64,000 nucleotides of DNA from an uncultured Bacteroidales bacterium (GCA_947165685.1 CAMVBK010000005.1:23071-87070), one strand, 5' to 3'. Numbered from the stretch's first letter, positions 19,035-28,971 are shown. The notes: a model not told the origin generated them from the sequence alone. Numbers and translations are program-made.

Positions 19035-20369
19035 ATGAACAAGCACAGAATCCTTGTTGTGGATGACAATGCGGGCATCCGCGAGACGCTGAAAATCCTT
19101 CTTCCCGCACATTTCGAAGCGGTGGAAACTGTGGCTTCCCCGAAAATCCTTGCGAGTACAGTCAGGACCTTCAAGCCTGATGCCATCTTGTTGGACATGA
19201 ATTTCGAAACCGACATCAACACGGGCAATGAAGGATTATTTTGGCTGACCGAAATAAAACGTCAATATCCTGAAATAGAGGTTGTTCTGATGACCGCATA
19301 CGCAGATATTGCCCTCGCGGTGGAAGGCATGAAACGCGGTGCATTCGACTTCATTGTGAAACCGTGGGACAATGAAAAGCTGATGGAGACTCTTGAAGCC
19401 GCTTGCGGGAAACGGTCCGCCAAACGCACTGTTGAAGAACGTCCGGCCGCCCCTGTTATGTTATGGGGCGACTCTGTGGAAATGAGTGAGATACATCGTA
19501 TGGTGGAGAAAATTGCCCCTACCGACGCCACTGTGCTGATTACCGGGGAGAATGGTACTGGTAAAGATATGTTGGCCAATGAGATACATCGGATTTCCTC
19601 CCGTTCCGGCAAACCGATGGTGAGTGTGGATATCGGATCTTTGTCGGAGACGTTGTTCGAAAGCGAGTTGTTCGGGCACGTGAAAGGGGCTTTCACCGAT
19701 GCTCGCGCCGACCATACCGGGAAGTTCGAGTTGGCCAATGGCACCACGCTTTTCCTCGACGAAATCGGCAACATCCCATTGCACCTGCAATCCAAGCTGT
19801 TACGAGTGCTGCAGAACCGATGCGTCACGAAGGTGGGCGATACGAAGTCCGTGCCCATTGACATCCGGCTTATCTGTGCCACCAACCGCGACCTGCCCGC
19901 CATGGTCCGTGACGGCCGTTTCCGCGAAGACCTCTATTATCGCATCAACACGGTGACGCTGAACTTGCCGCCCTTGCGTGAGCGTGCGGATGAGATAGAA
20001 CCGTTAGTGCGCTTGTTCATAGAACGTTACGCTGCAAAATATCATCGCAACGTTACGGGCGTTTCTTCTGAAGCGTTGAATCTGCTGCAGAATTGCAGAT
20101 GGTCGGGGAATGTGCGCGAGTTGCAGAACAGCGTGGAGAAAGCCGTCATTATGTCAGACGATGAAACCCTGCAACCCGAGGATTTCAAGATTTCTGAAAA
20201 CCAACTTGTTACAAATGCCAGCACGACGGATAACACTTTGGAAGCGGCAGAGGAGCGCGTGATACGGGCGGCGGTGAAGAAGTACAACGGCAATCTTTCA
20301 TTGGTGGCGAAATCGTTGAATATCAGTCGCCCGACGTTGTATAACCGGCTCAAAAAATACGGGATATGA
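19035..20369 (+). CDS. sigma-54-dependent response regulator (NtrC family: REC, AAA+, Fis-type HTH)
   Basis: REC domain (ILVVDDN..ILLDMNF), Walker A GENGTGKD, ESELFGH, GAFTDA (GAFTGA variant), C-terminal HTH ..SRPTLYNRLKKYGI. Confidence 0.92.
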   Translation: MNKHRILVVDDNAGIRETLKILLPAHFEAVETVASPKILASTVRTFKPDAILLDMNFETDINTGNEGLFWLTEIKRQYPEIEVVLMTAYADIALAVEGMKRGAFDFIVKPWDNEKLMETLEAACGKRSAKRTVEERPAAPVMLWGDSVEMSEIHRMVEKIAPTDATVLITGENGTGKDMLANEIHRISSRSGKPMVSVDIGSLSETLFESELFGHVKGAFTDARADHTGKFELANGTTLFLDEIGNIPLHLQSKLLRVLQNRCVTKVGDTKSVPIDIRLICATNRDLPAMVRDGRFREDLYYRINTVTLNLPPLRERADEIEPLVRLFIERYAAKYHRNVTGVSSEALNLLQNCRWSGNVRELQNSVEKAVIMSDDETLQPEDFKISENQLVTNASTTDNTLEAAEERVIRAAVKKYNGNLSLVAKSLNISRPTLYNRLKKYGI

Positions 20370-21223
20370 GTACTGGGATTTGGATAGTTGTTGTGGTGGC
20401 AGCGGGTCTGCTATCCGCGTTGGCTGCGGCATGGTGGATGTCGCGGCGCAATGTGGAGAAAGTCGCTTTCCTGATGGACGCATTGGAGGATGGCGACACG
20501 AACTTCCGTTTCCGGGAAAATTCTGCCCTGAACCGAGAACTCAACCGTTTGCGCGGCATCATGGATCGGAAAACCATTCGGAATGAGGCTATTTCGTGGA
20601 ACAAGCTTTTCCGTGTCATCACGCATGAGATCATGAACACGGTCACCCCTATCGCCGCCTTGAGTGACGCCTTGTCCAAAGACGACCGCTTAGACACCAA
20701 GGCGGGACTTGCAACCATCTCCGCATCCTCCAAGGAACTCATACGTTTCGTCGAGTCCTACCGCACTTTCACCAAGACGGAACCGCCGGTCTTCAAGTCC
20801 GTTATGGTGGATGATCTCGTCAGCAGAGTGATTCAGCTCAACGGTGCCAACACCCGTGGGCAAGGCGTGGCATTGACTTACCGTGCCACCGTGCCCGACC
20901 TGCTGGTCTATGTCGATGAAGGACAGATTATGCACGTATTTAATAATCTGATAAAGAACGCGATAGAAGCTGGTGCCACCGCTATCGACATCTCTTCTGA
21001 ACTCGATATGGAGGAGCGCACCGTGATCAGGGTTCGCAATAACGGGCAGCCGATTCCGCTTCGCAAGCAGGAGGAAATCTTTGTGCCGTTCTTCACCACC
21101 AAGTCTAACGGTACTGGGGTGGGGCTGAGCCTTTCGCGCCGCATCATGGCCGCGCACCACGGCACCATCCAGCTCGTCCAAAGCGACGCTACCCGTACGG
21201 TTTTCGCGCTGGTGTTCGCCTGA
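20366..21223 (+). CDS. histidine kinase with a single N-terminal TM helix and no sensor domain
   Basis: ATGA overlap with the regulator gene. Contains TM MSTGIWIVVVVAAGLLSALAAAWW, H-box HEIMNTVTPI, N-box NLIKNAIEA and G-box GTGVGLSLS. It is only 285 aa. Confidence 0.88.
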   Translation: MSTGIWIVVVVAAGLLSALAAAWWMSRRNVEKVAFLMDALEDGDTNFRFRENSALNRELNRLRGIMDRKTIRNEAISWNKLFRVITHEIMNTVTPIAALSDALSKDDRLDTKAGLATISASSKELIRFVESYRTFTKTEPPVFKSVMVDDLVSRVIQLNGANTRGQGVALTYRATVPDLLVYVDEGQIMHVFNNLIKNAIEAGATAIDISSELDMEERTVIRVRNNGQPIPLRKQEEIFVPFFTTKSNGTGVGLSLSRRIMAAHHGTIQLVQSDATRTVFALVFA

Positions 21224-21225
21224 TT

Positions 21226-21262
21226 TGTAAAATTCTCTTACACGCTGTAAGATTTTCTTACA
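21226..21262 (+). promoter_or_regulatory. tandem dyad TGTAA-N7-TTACA x2 (candidate enhancer/UAS), copy A
   Basis: TGTAAaattctcTTACAcgcTGTAAgattttcTTACA. The same architecture occurs at 29415, 33508 and 45339. Confidence 0.55.
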
Positions 21263-21315
21263 CTTTCCTTTCGCCTTCTTCCGCTGACCATTTCACAATC
21301 AGCACATTACAGTTT

Positions 21316-21331
21316 TGGCATGTTTTTCGTC
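21316..21331 (+). promoter_or_regulatory. candidate sigma-54 promoter (-24 TGGCAT, degenerate -12), copy A, upstream of tolC
   Basis: TGGCATgttttTCGT, 54 nt after the dyads. Confidence 0.4.
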
Positions 21332-21336
21332 AAACC

Positions 21337-21364
21337 GTAGAGACGCAATACATGGCGTCTCTAC
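21337..21364. repeat. GTAGAGACGC palindromic hairpin, copy 1
   Basis: GTAGAGACGC-aatacatg-GCGTCTCTAC. It lies in the tolC leader, and the ORF-track ATG 21352 sits in its loop. Confidence 0.8.
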
Positions 21365-21384
21365 AACGGCAAAAACGAGAAAGT

Positions 21385-22719
21385 ATGGCAAGAAGAATGA
21401 CGATAACCCTATTGACGACACTCTTGTTCGGGGCGGCGAACGCGCAGGACACGGTGGTGATGACCCTGCGCGACTGTGTGCGTTACGCCCTGGCGCATTC
21501 GGCGGAGATGCGCGTGCTGCAGGCCGACCTCGGCGACGCGCAGCTGGCCCGCCGCAACGCCATCCTCAACGCCTTCACCCCGTCCGTCAGCGGCGACGTT
21601 TACGCCTACTCCAACTTCGGCCGCTCCATCGACCCCGAAACGAACACTTATAGCACCACCACCTCTTTCCACAATGGTTACGGCCTCTCCGCCGGCATCA
21701 CCCTTTTCAACGGATTCCGTGCGGTCAACAATATGAAAATCACAAAGTTGGCGGAAGAAACGGGCGTGACGAGAATACAGCAGGGCGAAGACCGCATTCG
21801 TCTCGCCACGATGGAAGCCTACTGCAACGTGCTTTATTACACGGAGTTGCTGAAAACAATACAGGCGCAAACGGAGACGGCGGAGACGGCCTTGCGGCTT
21901 GCGCAGAGACAGGCGGAGTTGGGGCAGAAGTCGCAGGCGAACGTCCTGCAGATGGAGGCCGACCTTTCCGACCGCCGCTACAAGCTCACCGTCTGTGAAA
22001 ACCAGCTTCAAAACGCCTATATCACCTTGAAGGACATTATGTTGTATCCGACAGACCAGCTGTTTTCCGTCACCGACGTAGAGGTGGACACAACGTTGTC
22101 GGATGGAATGCTCGCAATGGAGGCGGGTAGGGCGGCGGAGCGTCTGCCGGCCGTAATCATAGCCGAAAATGAGCGGCAGACCGCCCAGCTCGCCCTCAAG
22201 ACCGCGAAGTGGCAGCTGCTGCCGTCGCTGTCGCTGTACGGCGGCTGGTCCTCGACCTATTTCACCTATCCGGGTCGGGCGGGCTATGTGCCGGTCCCCT
22301 ACTGGCGGCAGCTTTCCGACAACGGCGGCGAGTACGTGCAGCTCTCGCTGAGCATCCCGATTTACGACCAGCTGTCGCGGCAGACGGAGATCGCGCGGCG
22401 GCGCCACGACTGCGACCGTGCGGAAGCCCGCTACATGCAGACGCGGCAGAGTGTGGAGGCTGAGGTTCGCCGCGCCCTCGCCGACCGCGACGGGGCCGCC
22501 GCCGCCCTGCGCCAGGCCGAACGGCACGCCGCCCTGCAGCAGCAGCTCTACGCGATGAGCACGCGCCAGTTCGAGCAGGGCCTCCTCTCCGCCCTCGAAT
22601 ACCGTACGGTCGCCGACAACCACCTCTCCTCCACCGCCGACCTGCTCAACGCAAGGCTGCAGCTGTTCCTGAAGACGTGGGTGGTGAGGTATTATTTTGG
22701 GTTGGTGAATGATGAATAA
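21385..22719 (+). CDS. TolC-family outer membrane efflux protein
   Basis: Signal peptide MARRMTITLLTTLLFGAANAQ, then two repeated coiled-coil/beta halves typical of the OEP family. Confidence 0.88.
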   Translation: MARRMTITLLTTLLFGAANAQDTVVMTLRDCVRYALAHSAEMRVLQADLGDAQLARRNAILNAFTPSVSGDVYAYSNFGRSIDPETNTYSTTTSFHNGYGLSAGITLFNGFRAVNNMKITKLAEETGVTRIQQGEDRIRLATMEAYCNVLYYTELLKTIQAQTETAETALRLAQRQAELGQKSQANVLQMEADLSDRRYKLTVCENQLQNAYITLKDIMLYPTDQLFSVTDVEVDTTLSDGMLAMEAGRAAERLPAVIIAENERQTAQLALKTAKWQLLPSLSLYGGWSSTYFTYPGRAGYVPVPYWRQLSDNGGEYVQLSLSIPIYDQLSRQTEIARRRHDCDRAEARYMQTRQSVEAEVRRALADRDGAAAALRQAERHAALQQQLYAMSTRQFEQGLLSALEYRTVADNHLSSTADLLNARLQLFLKTWVVRYYFGLVNDE

Positions 22720-22727
22720 TTAGTTTT

Positions 22728-22799
22728 CCTTGAGCAGCCTCGAAGAGGCAAAACGCACGAAGTGCAATTAACTCCACACAGGCGAAGCGCAGTGTGGGG
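22728..22799 (+). ncRNA. triple-hairpin ~70 nt element, copy 1 (3' of tolC)
   Basis: gcctc-gaa-gaggc, gcac-gaa-gtgc, ctccacac-N12-gtgtgggg (one U-G pair on the plus strand only). Confidence 0.45.
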
Positions 22800-22880
22800 C
22801 GTGATGTGGGAGTTGGCTTTGGGCTGGTAACAGTGGAATCCGCAGTGGGATAGTGCGTCGGAAGCGCGAGAATGAACACA

Positions 22881-25800
22881 CTAACTCTTCACAAACTTCC
22901 TCATCAATAGGCCTTCTGAAGTATACACTTTTATCAAGTACGTTCCTCGTGCTAATTGCGACACATTGATTCCTAAGTCTTGGTCGCAATCGATAGTCTG
23001 TACGAGTCTTCCTGTCATGGAGTAAATCTCCATTCTTTGTATTTGGCAATCGATCGGAACAATCAAGTGGAAGCAGTCTGCTACAGGGTTGGGATAGAGC
23101 GAAACAGCGGGCGTTTCTTTTTCCTGAATTCCTGTTTCCCGAGAGACCGAAATGTGCAACCGATAGGTTCCCGTTGCACCATCTTGCTGTGGTAAAACGC
23201 GATAACAGAGTCTTCCTCCATGTTCAACAGTCATGGTGGGTATGTAGTTCCCATAAACCGAAGACCAGTTGACGCCATCGTCTGACACGGATATTTTTGC
23301 ATCCACGGAGCAGCTTGGATCATTCGCGCAATCGAATATCACGGCATCCACATAATATGTGTAATCAGCGGGAAAATCAATTTTGTAATGATCCACATCG
23401 GAAGATGTATGGAATGTTGCGTCAGCGACAACAGAAGAGGACTGTTCGCTGATTGTGGCCAACAAATAGGAAGTGTTCACTGTATTGTTCGGCTCGTACA
23501 TGTCCGGTTCTATTCCATCCAGCCGAGCAACACTAATCTGCAACTTGTAGGTTCCGATTTCATAGTTAGTATAAGGTAATACTCTGAAATACACAGTTCC
23601 ACCATCCGGAAGTGTCAATTCAGGCATTGAACTTCCATGATTTGAAGACCAATCATTCCCATCGGTGGAAGTGGCAAAATGTGCATCCGCTGTGTAATTA
23701 TTGTCATTATAGCTATCCAGCAAATCAGCATTTACAGTATATGAATATCCTGCCGGGAGGTTGATTTTGTAGTAATCATTATCGGTGGTGACATGGAAAT
23801 TCGCGTTGATATTGTAATTTTGGCTGTTGGAATTAACGGTGCCGAGATTGTAAGCAGCAGCAGAGGTATTGTTTGGTTCGTATTGGTCGGGATTGATAGA
23901 CCTAATTACGAGAGTATGCAATGAATACGTACCTATATCACCTTGACTTGTAGGAGTCACCTTGAAATATACAGTACCGCCATCACTCATCGTAGTTCCA
24001 CACTGATTCAAAATAGCTGTTAAAACACTTGCATCATAATCGAAAGGGCCTTGCCAAGATGTTGTATTGTCAACCGAGAAATAGAACTTCGCATCCACAG
24101 TATAAGATATGTCATCATTATAATACATATCTTGCAGGACGGGAACAAAATCATAGGAATAACCAGACGGAAGTACTATTTTATAATAGTCCACATCAGT
24201 AGTATTATGGAAGTTTGCCCCATTCGTATTCACTTCGGCCATATTATCAGTGAAAACCGGAGTAAGCGAATATGCGGTTGAAACTGTATTGTTGGTTTCA
24301 TAAATATCCGCCATTGGGGCATCAAGAATAGTGATTCGCACTGGATTTTGGTAGTATGTGCTTCCCGCATAAATCCAATATGACGATCCTTGCGGTTTAT
24401 AACGTAAAGCCAACAAATAGTCTCCCGATGGTGCGTTAATCACCCCAGTAAAATCAATCCCGTCTGGAGCGTATGACATGGCAGGAATAGGAGATGAAAA
24501 GATTGTGTCTTGGATGGTTTGGATATATGAACCAGTTAGAGAGAACAGTGCCACTGAAACAGCGCCATAATAAGGATACGTAGTCGCATTTGCAGGACTG
24601 ACATTAACTGTCAATGAATGACCTGAATAAATCGGTTCTTCGGACAAATAAAAGTCAGAATATGTTTCAATATCCGCCGAATAATGTACGGTAAACGATG
24701 TGAAATTGATGTTGTTGATATTATCTTTGACAATTCTTGATGTTGCAGGATCATTCAGATTGGTGGTAGATGTGATAAAGACATAATACACTCCAGGGCC
24801 TATTGGCAATCCGCCTTGAACTGTAAAACTTTTGTTCACATAGTGATTGGGAGTAATTGTGGTATAGTTTGATGGTATTTCTGCGACAACATTTCCATCT
24901 ATGTCAGACACGATTGCCACCAGATAACCGTTGAAATTGGCATTACCTGTATTTGCCACCGCGCAATTGATTGCAATTGGATGATTGGGACCAAACAAAT
25001 AGCTGGTATCGGATGTCGCCAATGTTCCATGCATAGTGAGATCGTATGCAGGATGAACCGTTTGGTTAATTGGCGAAATGTGAATAACAGCTTGCTGTTT
25101 ATACGAATAATTGCCCAAACCAGCACCGGAACCAACCTCTGTTGGTGTGAGGGCAGATAAGGTGTAGTAATACCCGTTTGCGACACCACCCCATCCCCAA
25201 TTAAAATGGAAATAATCATTACCTGTATACCCATCGCAGACAAACGAATGACCACCTTCTCCACTATTATTTCCCGCTCCCGAATACAAAACTACTCGAC
25301 CTGAATCCAATTCATTTTTTAAGATAGCTGTCCAAGTTGCATCCGAATAATCAGACTTCCGTATTCCTTGAATATTATCACTATAATTGAAATAATTCTT
25401 TAATGCATTTTCAGCACAAGGCAATCCAGGTATATATATTTCGTTTGCCCCTATATATTGTGTGTTATATGCACCAGATATTTGAGTTCCATATTGCATA
25501 TCAACACTCACTCCACACCTATACATTAGAGAGTAAATAGCATTTGCTTGCATTTGTGTGTAAGCTGAAGCATCGTAAGTGTTAAGCATTTCGTTCCATA
25601 AAAAGATTGTCTCAAAATTGGCACTTTGTACTCCATAATTTTGATCAACGTATGTATGAGACCCCATTCCCATTTGTGGGTGCTCCCAATATTTCATCAC
25701 TTGTGCCATGGCCGTGGCCACACATCCTGTCAATGTATTTGATCCAACATCATAATCGTATGGACAGGAATAATTGTAAGGGTAGCCTTGATTCCACTCG

Positions 25801-26282
25801 GTCGTCAGAAGTGGAGCCACACTGGTTGTACTTCTCGTGGGAAGTGCTTCTCCTGCCAACAATTTTCCCCATGTGCTTCGGACTTCATCTGTACCTCTGA
25901 CCATATCTGCACGTTGGATTTCTTGTTCGTAGCCTTTCAGCCAATCCCTGAGATTTGGCGGCATATTCTCAATTTGGAAAGGATTCTCCATGGAATACCC
26001 CAAGATAGGTACAGCATTGTCGTTTGCCGAGACAATGACAAAGCCTTTGCCGTCTTCCGCATTAAAGATGTAAAAACCCGAAAAAAGAGTGTCCATTGGG
26101 AGAAGACGAAATTCCGGTGTCTCCCGTTGGAAACGCAGTGTTTTGCCATTCACCGTTGGCCCCGTATTGTTCTGTTTCCAGAAATTGATGGCCACCCTTT
26201 TGGCTGTTAAGGTGTCAACAGGGTTGGCAACAGCCAAGTTGGCGCTGATAATCAGTGTTAACACCAATGTGATTTTCTTCAT
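22881..26282 (-). CDS. T9SS-sorted C10-family cysteine peptidase (streptopain/interpain-like) with three PPC-like repeat domains
   Basis: - Signal peptide, then an N-terminal propeptide-like region (FYIFNAEDGKGFVIVSANDNAVPILGYS).
- Catalytic Cys context TEWNQGYPYN..TGCVATAMAQVMKYW.
- His/Trp context GGHSFVCDGY..FHFNWGWGG.
- Three repeats of ~110 aa (YEPNNT..FH.T.D.DYYKI..P.GY.Y...GTY.L.I).
- C-terminal CTD VSLYPNPV..GTYLIKVYT. Confidence 0.88.
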   Translation of the reverse strand: MKKITLVLTLIISANLAVANPVDTLTAKRVAINFWKQNNTGPTVNGKTLRFQRETPEFRLLPMDTLFSGFYIFNAEDGKGFVIVSANDNAVPILGYSMENPFQIENMPPNLRDWLKGYEQEIQRADMVRGTDEVRSTWGKLLAGEALPTRSTTSVAPLLTTEWNQGYPYNYSCPYDYDVGSNTLTGCVATAMAQVMKYWEHPQMGMGSHTYVDQNYGVQSANFETIFLWNEMLNTYDASAYTQMQANAIYSLMYRCGVSVDMQYGTQISGAYNTQYIGANEIYIPGLPCAENALKNYFNYSDNIQGIRKSDYSDATWTAILKNELDSGRVVLYSGAGNNSGEGGHSFVCDGYTGNDYFHFNWGWGGVANGYYYTLSALTPTEVGSGAGLGNYSYKQQAVIHISPINQTVHPAYDLTMHGTLATSDTSYLFGPNHPIAINCAVANTGNANFNGYLVAIVSDIDGNVVAEIPSNYTTITPNHYVNKSFTVQGGLPIGPGVYYVFITSTTNLNDPATSRIVKDNINNINFTSFTVHYSADIETYSDFYLSEEPIYSGHSLTVNVSPANATTYPYYGAVSVALFSLTGSYIQTIQDTIFSSPIPAMSYAPDGIDFTGVINAPSGDYLLALRYKPQGSSYWIYAGSTYYQNPVRITILDAPMADIYETNNTVSTAYSLTPVFTDNMAEVNTNGANFHNTTDVDYYKIVLPSGYSYDFVPVLQDMYYNDDISYTVDAKFYFSVDNTTSWQGPFDYDASVLTAILNQCGTTMSDGGTVYFKVTPTSQGDIGTYSLHTLVIRSINPDQYEPNNTSAAAYNLGTVNSNSQNYNINANFHVTTDNDYYKINLPAGYSYTVNADLLDSYNDNNYTADAHFATSTDGNDWSSNHGSSMPELTLPDGGTVYFRVLPYTNYEIGTYKLQISVARLDGIEPDMYEPNNTVNTSYLLATISEQSSSVVADATFHTSSDVDHYKIDFPADYTYYVDAVIFDCANDPSCSVDAKISVSDDGVNWSSVYGNYIPTMTVEHGGRLCYRVLPQQDGATGTYRLHISVSRETGIQEKETPAVSLYPNPVADCFHLIVPIDCQIQRMEIYSMTGRLVQTIDCDQDLGINVSQLARGTYLIKVYTSEGLLMRKFVKS

Positions 26283-26314
26283 ATATGATAAAAATTGTTA
26301 ATGGGATAGTCTTG

Positions 26315-27469
26315 TTATTTGTCGGATTCGACAGGAACTCTGACCTGACGAGAAGAAATGTTCCTACGGACTTTGGCTACCTTTTGGTACTTTGGAACTA
26401 TCCGAGTTCGGGGATATTCCACGTCTTTGTAGGTTATGGTTTCAAGAAGAACCGCCACTTTAACATTCACTCTGATTTTTCCAATTGGATTATCATTTCG
26501 TAAACAGATGTAATACGTTCCTTGAACATCGTTCGCATCTACAAATCTTCCGCAAGCCCCCGGACCATCACCTGTTTGCATACAATAGGCACGTTCCCCA
26601 TTCACGAATGCATTTCTATCGCTCCTGTTAGAAATAATAGCCCATATAACATTACCCACATCACCTCTGTCAGGAACAAGTAAATTAGTGATTTCTCCTG
26701 CAACGAAAGCCCCTAACGGACTCATTGTTGTTCCTGCTATTGCTGAAGCACCTTTCACCAACATGTTCTTGTTTTTGCTCCACCAATTGTTAGAATGGTC
26801 TCCTACACATATCCAATACCCCCAACCGACCACTCTTTTTCTCTGGTTGGCACTGGCGGTATTTTGTGGTAAATTAAAGGTAATACATTTGCGAGGATTC
26901 TCATTTAATATCATTCCAGCAACTGAGCAGATTTCTTCATTTCGATCTAATAACATCTCTTCCGATACCTCTTTTGATGCCACTTCTTTCATCGTCTCTA
27001 CGTAATGCACAGTGTCATGCCCTACAAGCGAATCCTCCGAATAGTGTGTGTATGTCGTGTCATACAATGTCTTCCATTGCCAGCCTGTGTTAAAATTAAC
27101 CGTTTCTTGAGATTTAGGGATTCGTTTTATGTGCAGGGAGCACATTTTACCGCCCATACCGTTGGTTATCTTGAATAGATATACCTTCGTGGAGAAAACA
27201 TTGACTTTATAATCAGTCAGTCTTGCTGTGAACTGGCTTGTTTTAACTTGGTTAGGCAGTTCCACAATCTCGAATTGCACACCCTTTCCCTTAGCAAGTT
27301 CAAAGTCTACAACGATTACGTCTCCTTCAGCAAAACTGTAGTAGAATTCTTCAGTACTGCCTCCATTCATCTTAAAAGACAAATCAGCGACTTGAATGGA
27401 CGGCAGTGCTAACGCGAAGGTCGTACTCATTATCAAAGAAACACATTCTAAAAAGCGTTTTTGAATCAT
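26315..27469 (-). CDS. hypothetical secreted protein (384 aa), co-oriented and tightly spaced upstream of the C10 peptidase
   Basis: Hydrophobic N-terminus, 32 nt gap to the peptidase start, no recognisable motif. Confidence 0.6.
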   Translation of the reverse strand: MIQKRFLECVSLIMSTTFALALPSIQVADLSFKMNGGSTEEFYYSFAEGDVIVVDFELAKGKGVQFEIVELPNQVKTSQFTARLTDYKVNVFSTKVYLFKITNGMGGKMCSLHIKRIPKSQETVNFNTGWQWKTLYDTTYTHYSEDSLVGHDTVHYVETMKEVASKEVSEEMLLDRNEEICSVAGMILNENPRKCITFNLPQNTASANQRKRVVGWGYWICVGDHSNNWWSKNKNMLVKGASAIAGTTMSPLGAFVAGEITNLLVPDRGDVGNVIWAIISNRSDRNAFVNGERAYCMQTGDGPGACGRFVDANDVQGTYYICLRNDNPIGKIRVNVKVAVLLETITYKDVEYPRTRIVPKYQKVAKVRRNISSRQVRVPVESDK

Positions 27470-27498
27470 TTCTCTGGAATTTTTGACATGATATTTTT

Positions 27499-28008
27499 TT
27501 ACTCGTCTTGAGCTGTATTATTAGCTCGCATCAATTTAACAAATTTAATGGTAGTTCTGTTTACTGTTCCATCCTCAACAACAACGCATTCTTCAGAATT
27601 TTTTATGGCCTCTACTGTTCCTTTTTTGTATCCAAATATTGTTTTCCACATTACGTGGTCACCTACTTTGTACCCTTTATAATTAGCATTCTGTTTTAAC
27701 CCCCAAACATCTCCTTCTATAGCGAAATATTTCCCTTTAATCATATAAATCTTTGCGTTCATCAAAAAGACACCACCGGGAACTTCTCTTACAGTTTGTT
27801 CTAATGCGTCTTCCAATGTCTCTGCTTTGCTCTTTGTTATTTTCTTTTGATTTCCCCGTGCATACGCTGCGATGAGTTCATAATCTTCTAGATTACCAAT
27901 GTTTTTTGATGAAATCATGTTGATTTTACCAATTTGAATCACCTTTTGAGCGTCACTATAATTGACAATTACAAACAAGGCTATTATTGTCAAAACCAAT
28001 TTCCTCAT
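27499..28008 (-). CDS. hypothetical small secreted protein (169 aa from MRKLVL)
   Basis: Signal peptide MRKLVLTIIALFVIVNYSDAQ, 29 nt gap to the next gene, first gene of the three-gene minus-strand unit. Confidence 0.6.
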   Translation of the reverse strand: MRKLVLTIIALFVIVNYSDAQKVIQIGKINMISSKNIGNLEDYELIAAYARGNQKKITKSKAETLEDALEQTVREVPGGVFLMNAKIYMIKGKYFAIEGDVWGLKQNANYKGYKVGDHVMWKTIFGYKKGTVEAIKNSEECVVVEDGTVNRTTIKFVKLMRANNTAQDE

Positions 28009-28317
28009 TTTATTCCTCTGCCGTTTGTTTCCCTGTCGGCGCATCAGGGTTCAATCGCTCCCCAGTGCCACAAGAGCAAACCACAAAAGAAGCGTGGCAC
28101 TGACATACCACTTCTTCTATCGGAGGTCGTGAGAATTACCTTGTAACGGAGAATGTAATAATCAGCCCACGCTATACGCGCGAACCTTTACACTCTCTTG
28201 CGTTACAATTCTGGAAATTTCTCACGTTTCCGATAGCAAGACGAGCATAACGCTTCGTTTAATTTCAATAAAAATTTCGCCAACCGTTGGGCAAATCGCA
28301 CTTCCAGGTTGGCGAGG

Positions 28318-28325
28318 CAAAGATA
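28318..28325 (-). promoter_or_regulatory. -7 box TAnnTTTG, about 310 nt upstream of the first gene of the C10 operon
   Basis: Minus strand reads TATCTTTG. This implies a long untranslated leader. Confidence 0.4.
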
Positions 28326-28490
28326 GAATTTTTTTCATTCAGTCTTGCCAGAAAAAAGTGTGCGACATTTTTCCTCGCACACATGCAGAAAACCACACAA
28401 TAATGGCAGAAAAACATCGGAAAACAAACAGTTAGTCACTTTTTTGGAAAAAATCGGGTCGCTAGGGACTGGCTTTTCGGAAAATTGTTG

Positions 28491-28498
28491 TATTTTTG
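28491..28498 (+). promoter_or_regulatory. -7 box TAnnTTTG for the Panacea-domain gene
   Basis: TATTTTTG, 12 nt before ATG 28510. Confidence 0.55.
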
Positions 28499-28509
28499 CC
28501 GCGACAAAA

Positions 28510-28971
28510 ATGGAAGATATGGCATACAAAGCTATTGACATTGCGAAGAAACTGATCAAGATGGCGGATGACGACATAGCCAACGGCGGTGACAACATCA
28601 CCAATCTCAAGTTGCAGAAACTGTTGTATTATCAGCAGGGTTACCACCTGGCCGCCTTCGACACGCCTTTATTTGACGAGTCTGTGGAGGCATGGATATA
28701 CGGTCCGGTTGTGCCAGTCGTTTATGACTATTTCCAACCATACGGTGCCACAAGTCTGCCTGTTTGCGACGATGTTGTTGTTTTGGGAGACAAGGAAGAA
28801 TCCCTTTTCTATCAAGTATTTGACGCTTATAGGGAATTTTCAGCCATAGGTCTGATGAACAAAACACATACAGAACGTCCCTGGTTGAGCGTCAGCCCTC
28901 ATGACCGGGGCAGTGTAATCCCTGTGGAAACCCTGAAATCGTATTTCAAAACACAATATTTTGAAAACTAA
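28510..28971 (+). CDS. Panacea/DUF4065 domain protein (SocA/GepA-like putative antitoxin)
   Basis: NITNLKLQKLLYYQQGYHLAAFDTPLFDE..EAW.YGPVVPVVY is the characteristic DUF4065 core. Start placed at MEDMAYK because of the -7 box. Confidence 0.8.
   Translation: MEDMAYKAIDIAKKLIKMADDDIANGGDNITNLKLQKLLYYQQGYHLAAFDTPLFDESVEAWIYGPVVPVVYDYFQPYGATSLPVCDDVVVLGDKEESLFYQVFDAYREFSAIGLMNKTHTERPWLSVSPHDRGSVIPVETLKSYFKTQYFEN

Noticed and set aside
28045-28317. Possible tRNA-like, riboswitch or group II intron fragment in the long leader (ggttcaatc T-loop-like string, gtgcgac)
   Set aside because: The putative T arm does not base-pair, no cloverleaf or domain V consensus can be drawn, and I recognise no known riboswitch core. 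It is kept only as 'long leader' in the C10 operon finding.
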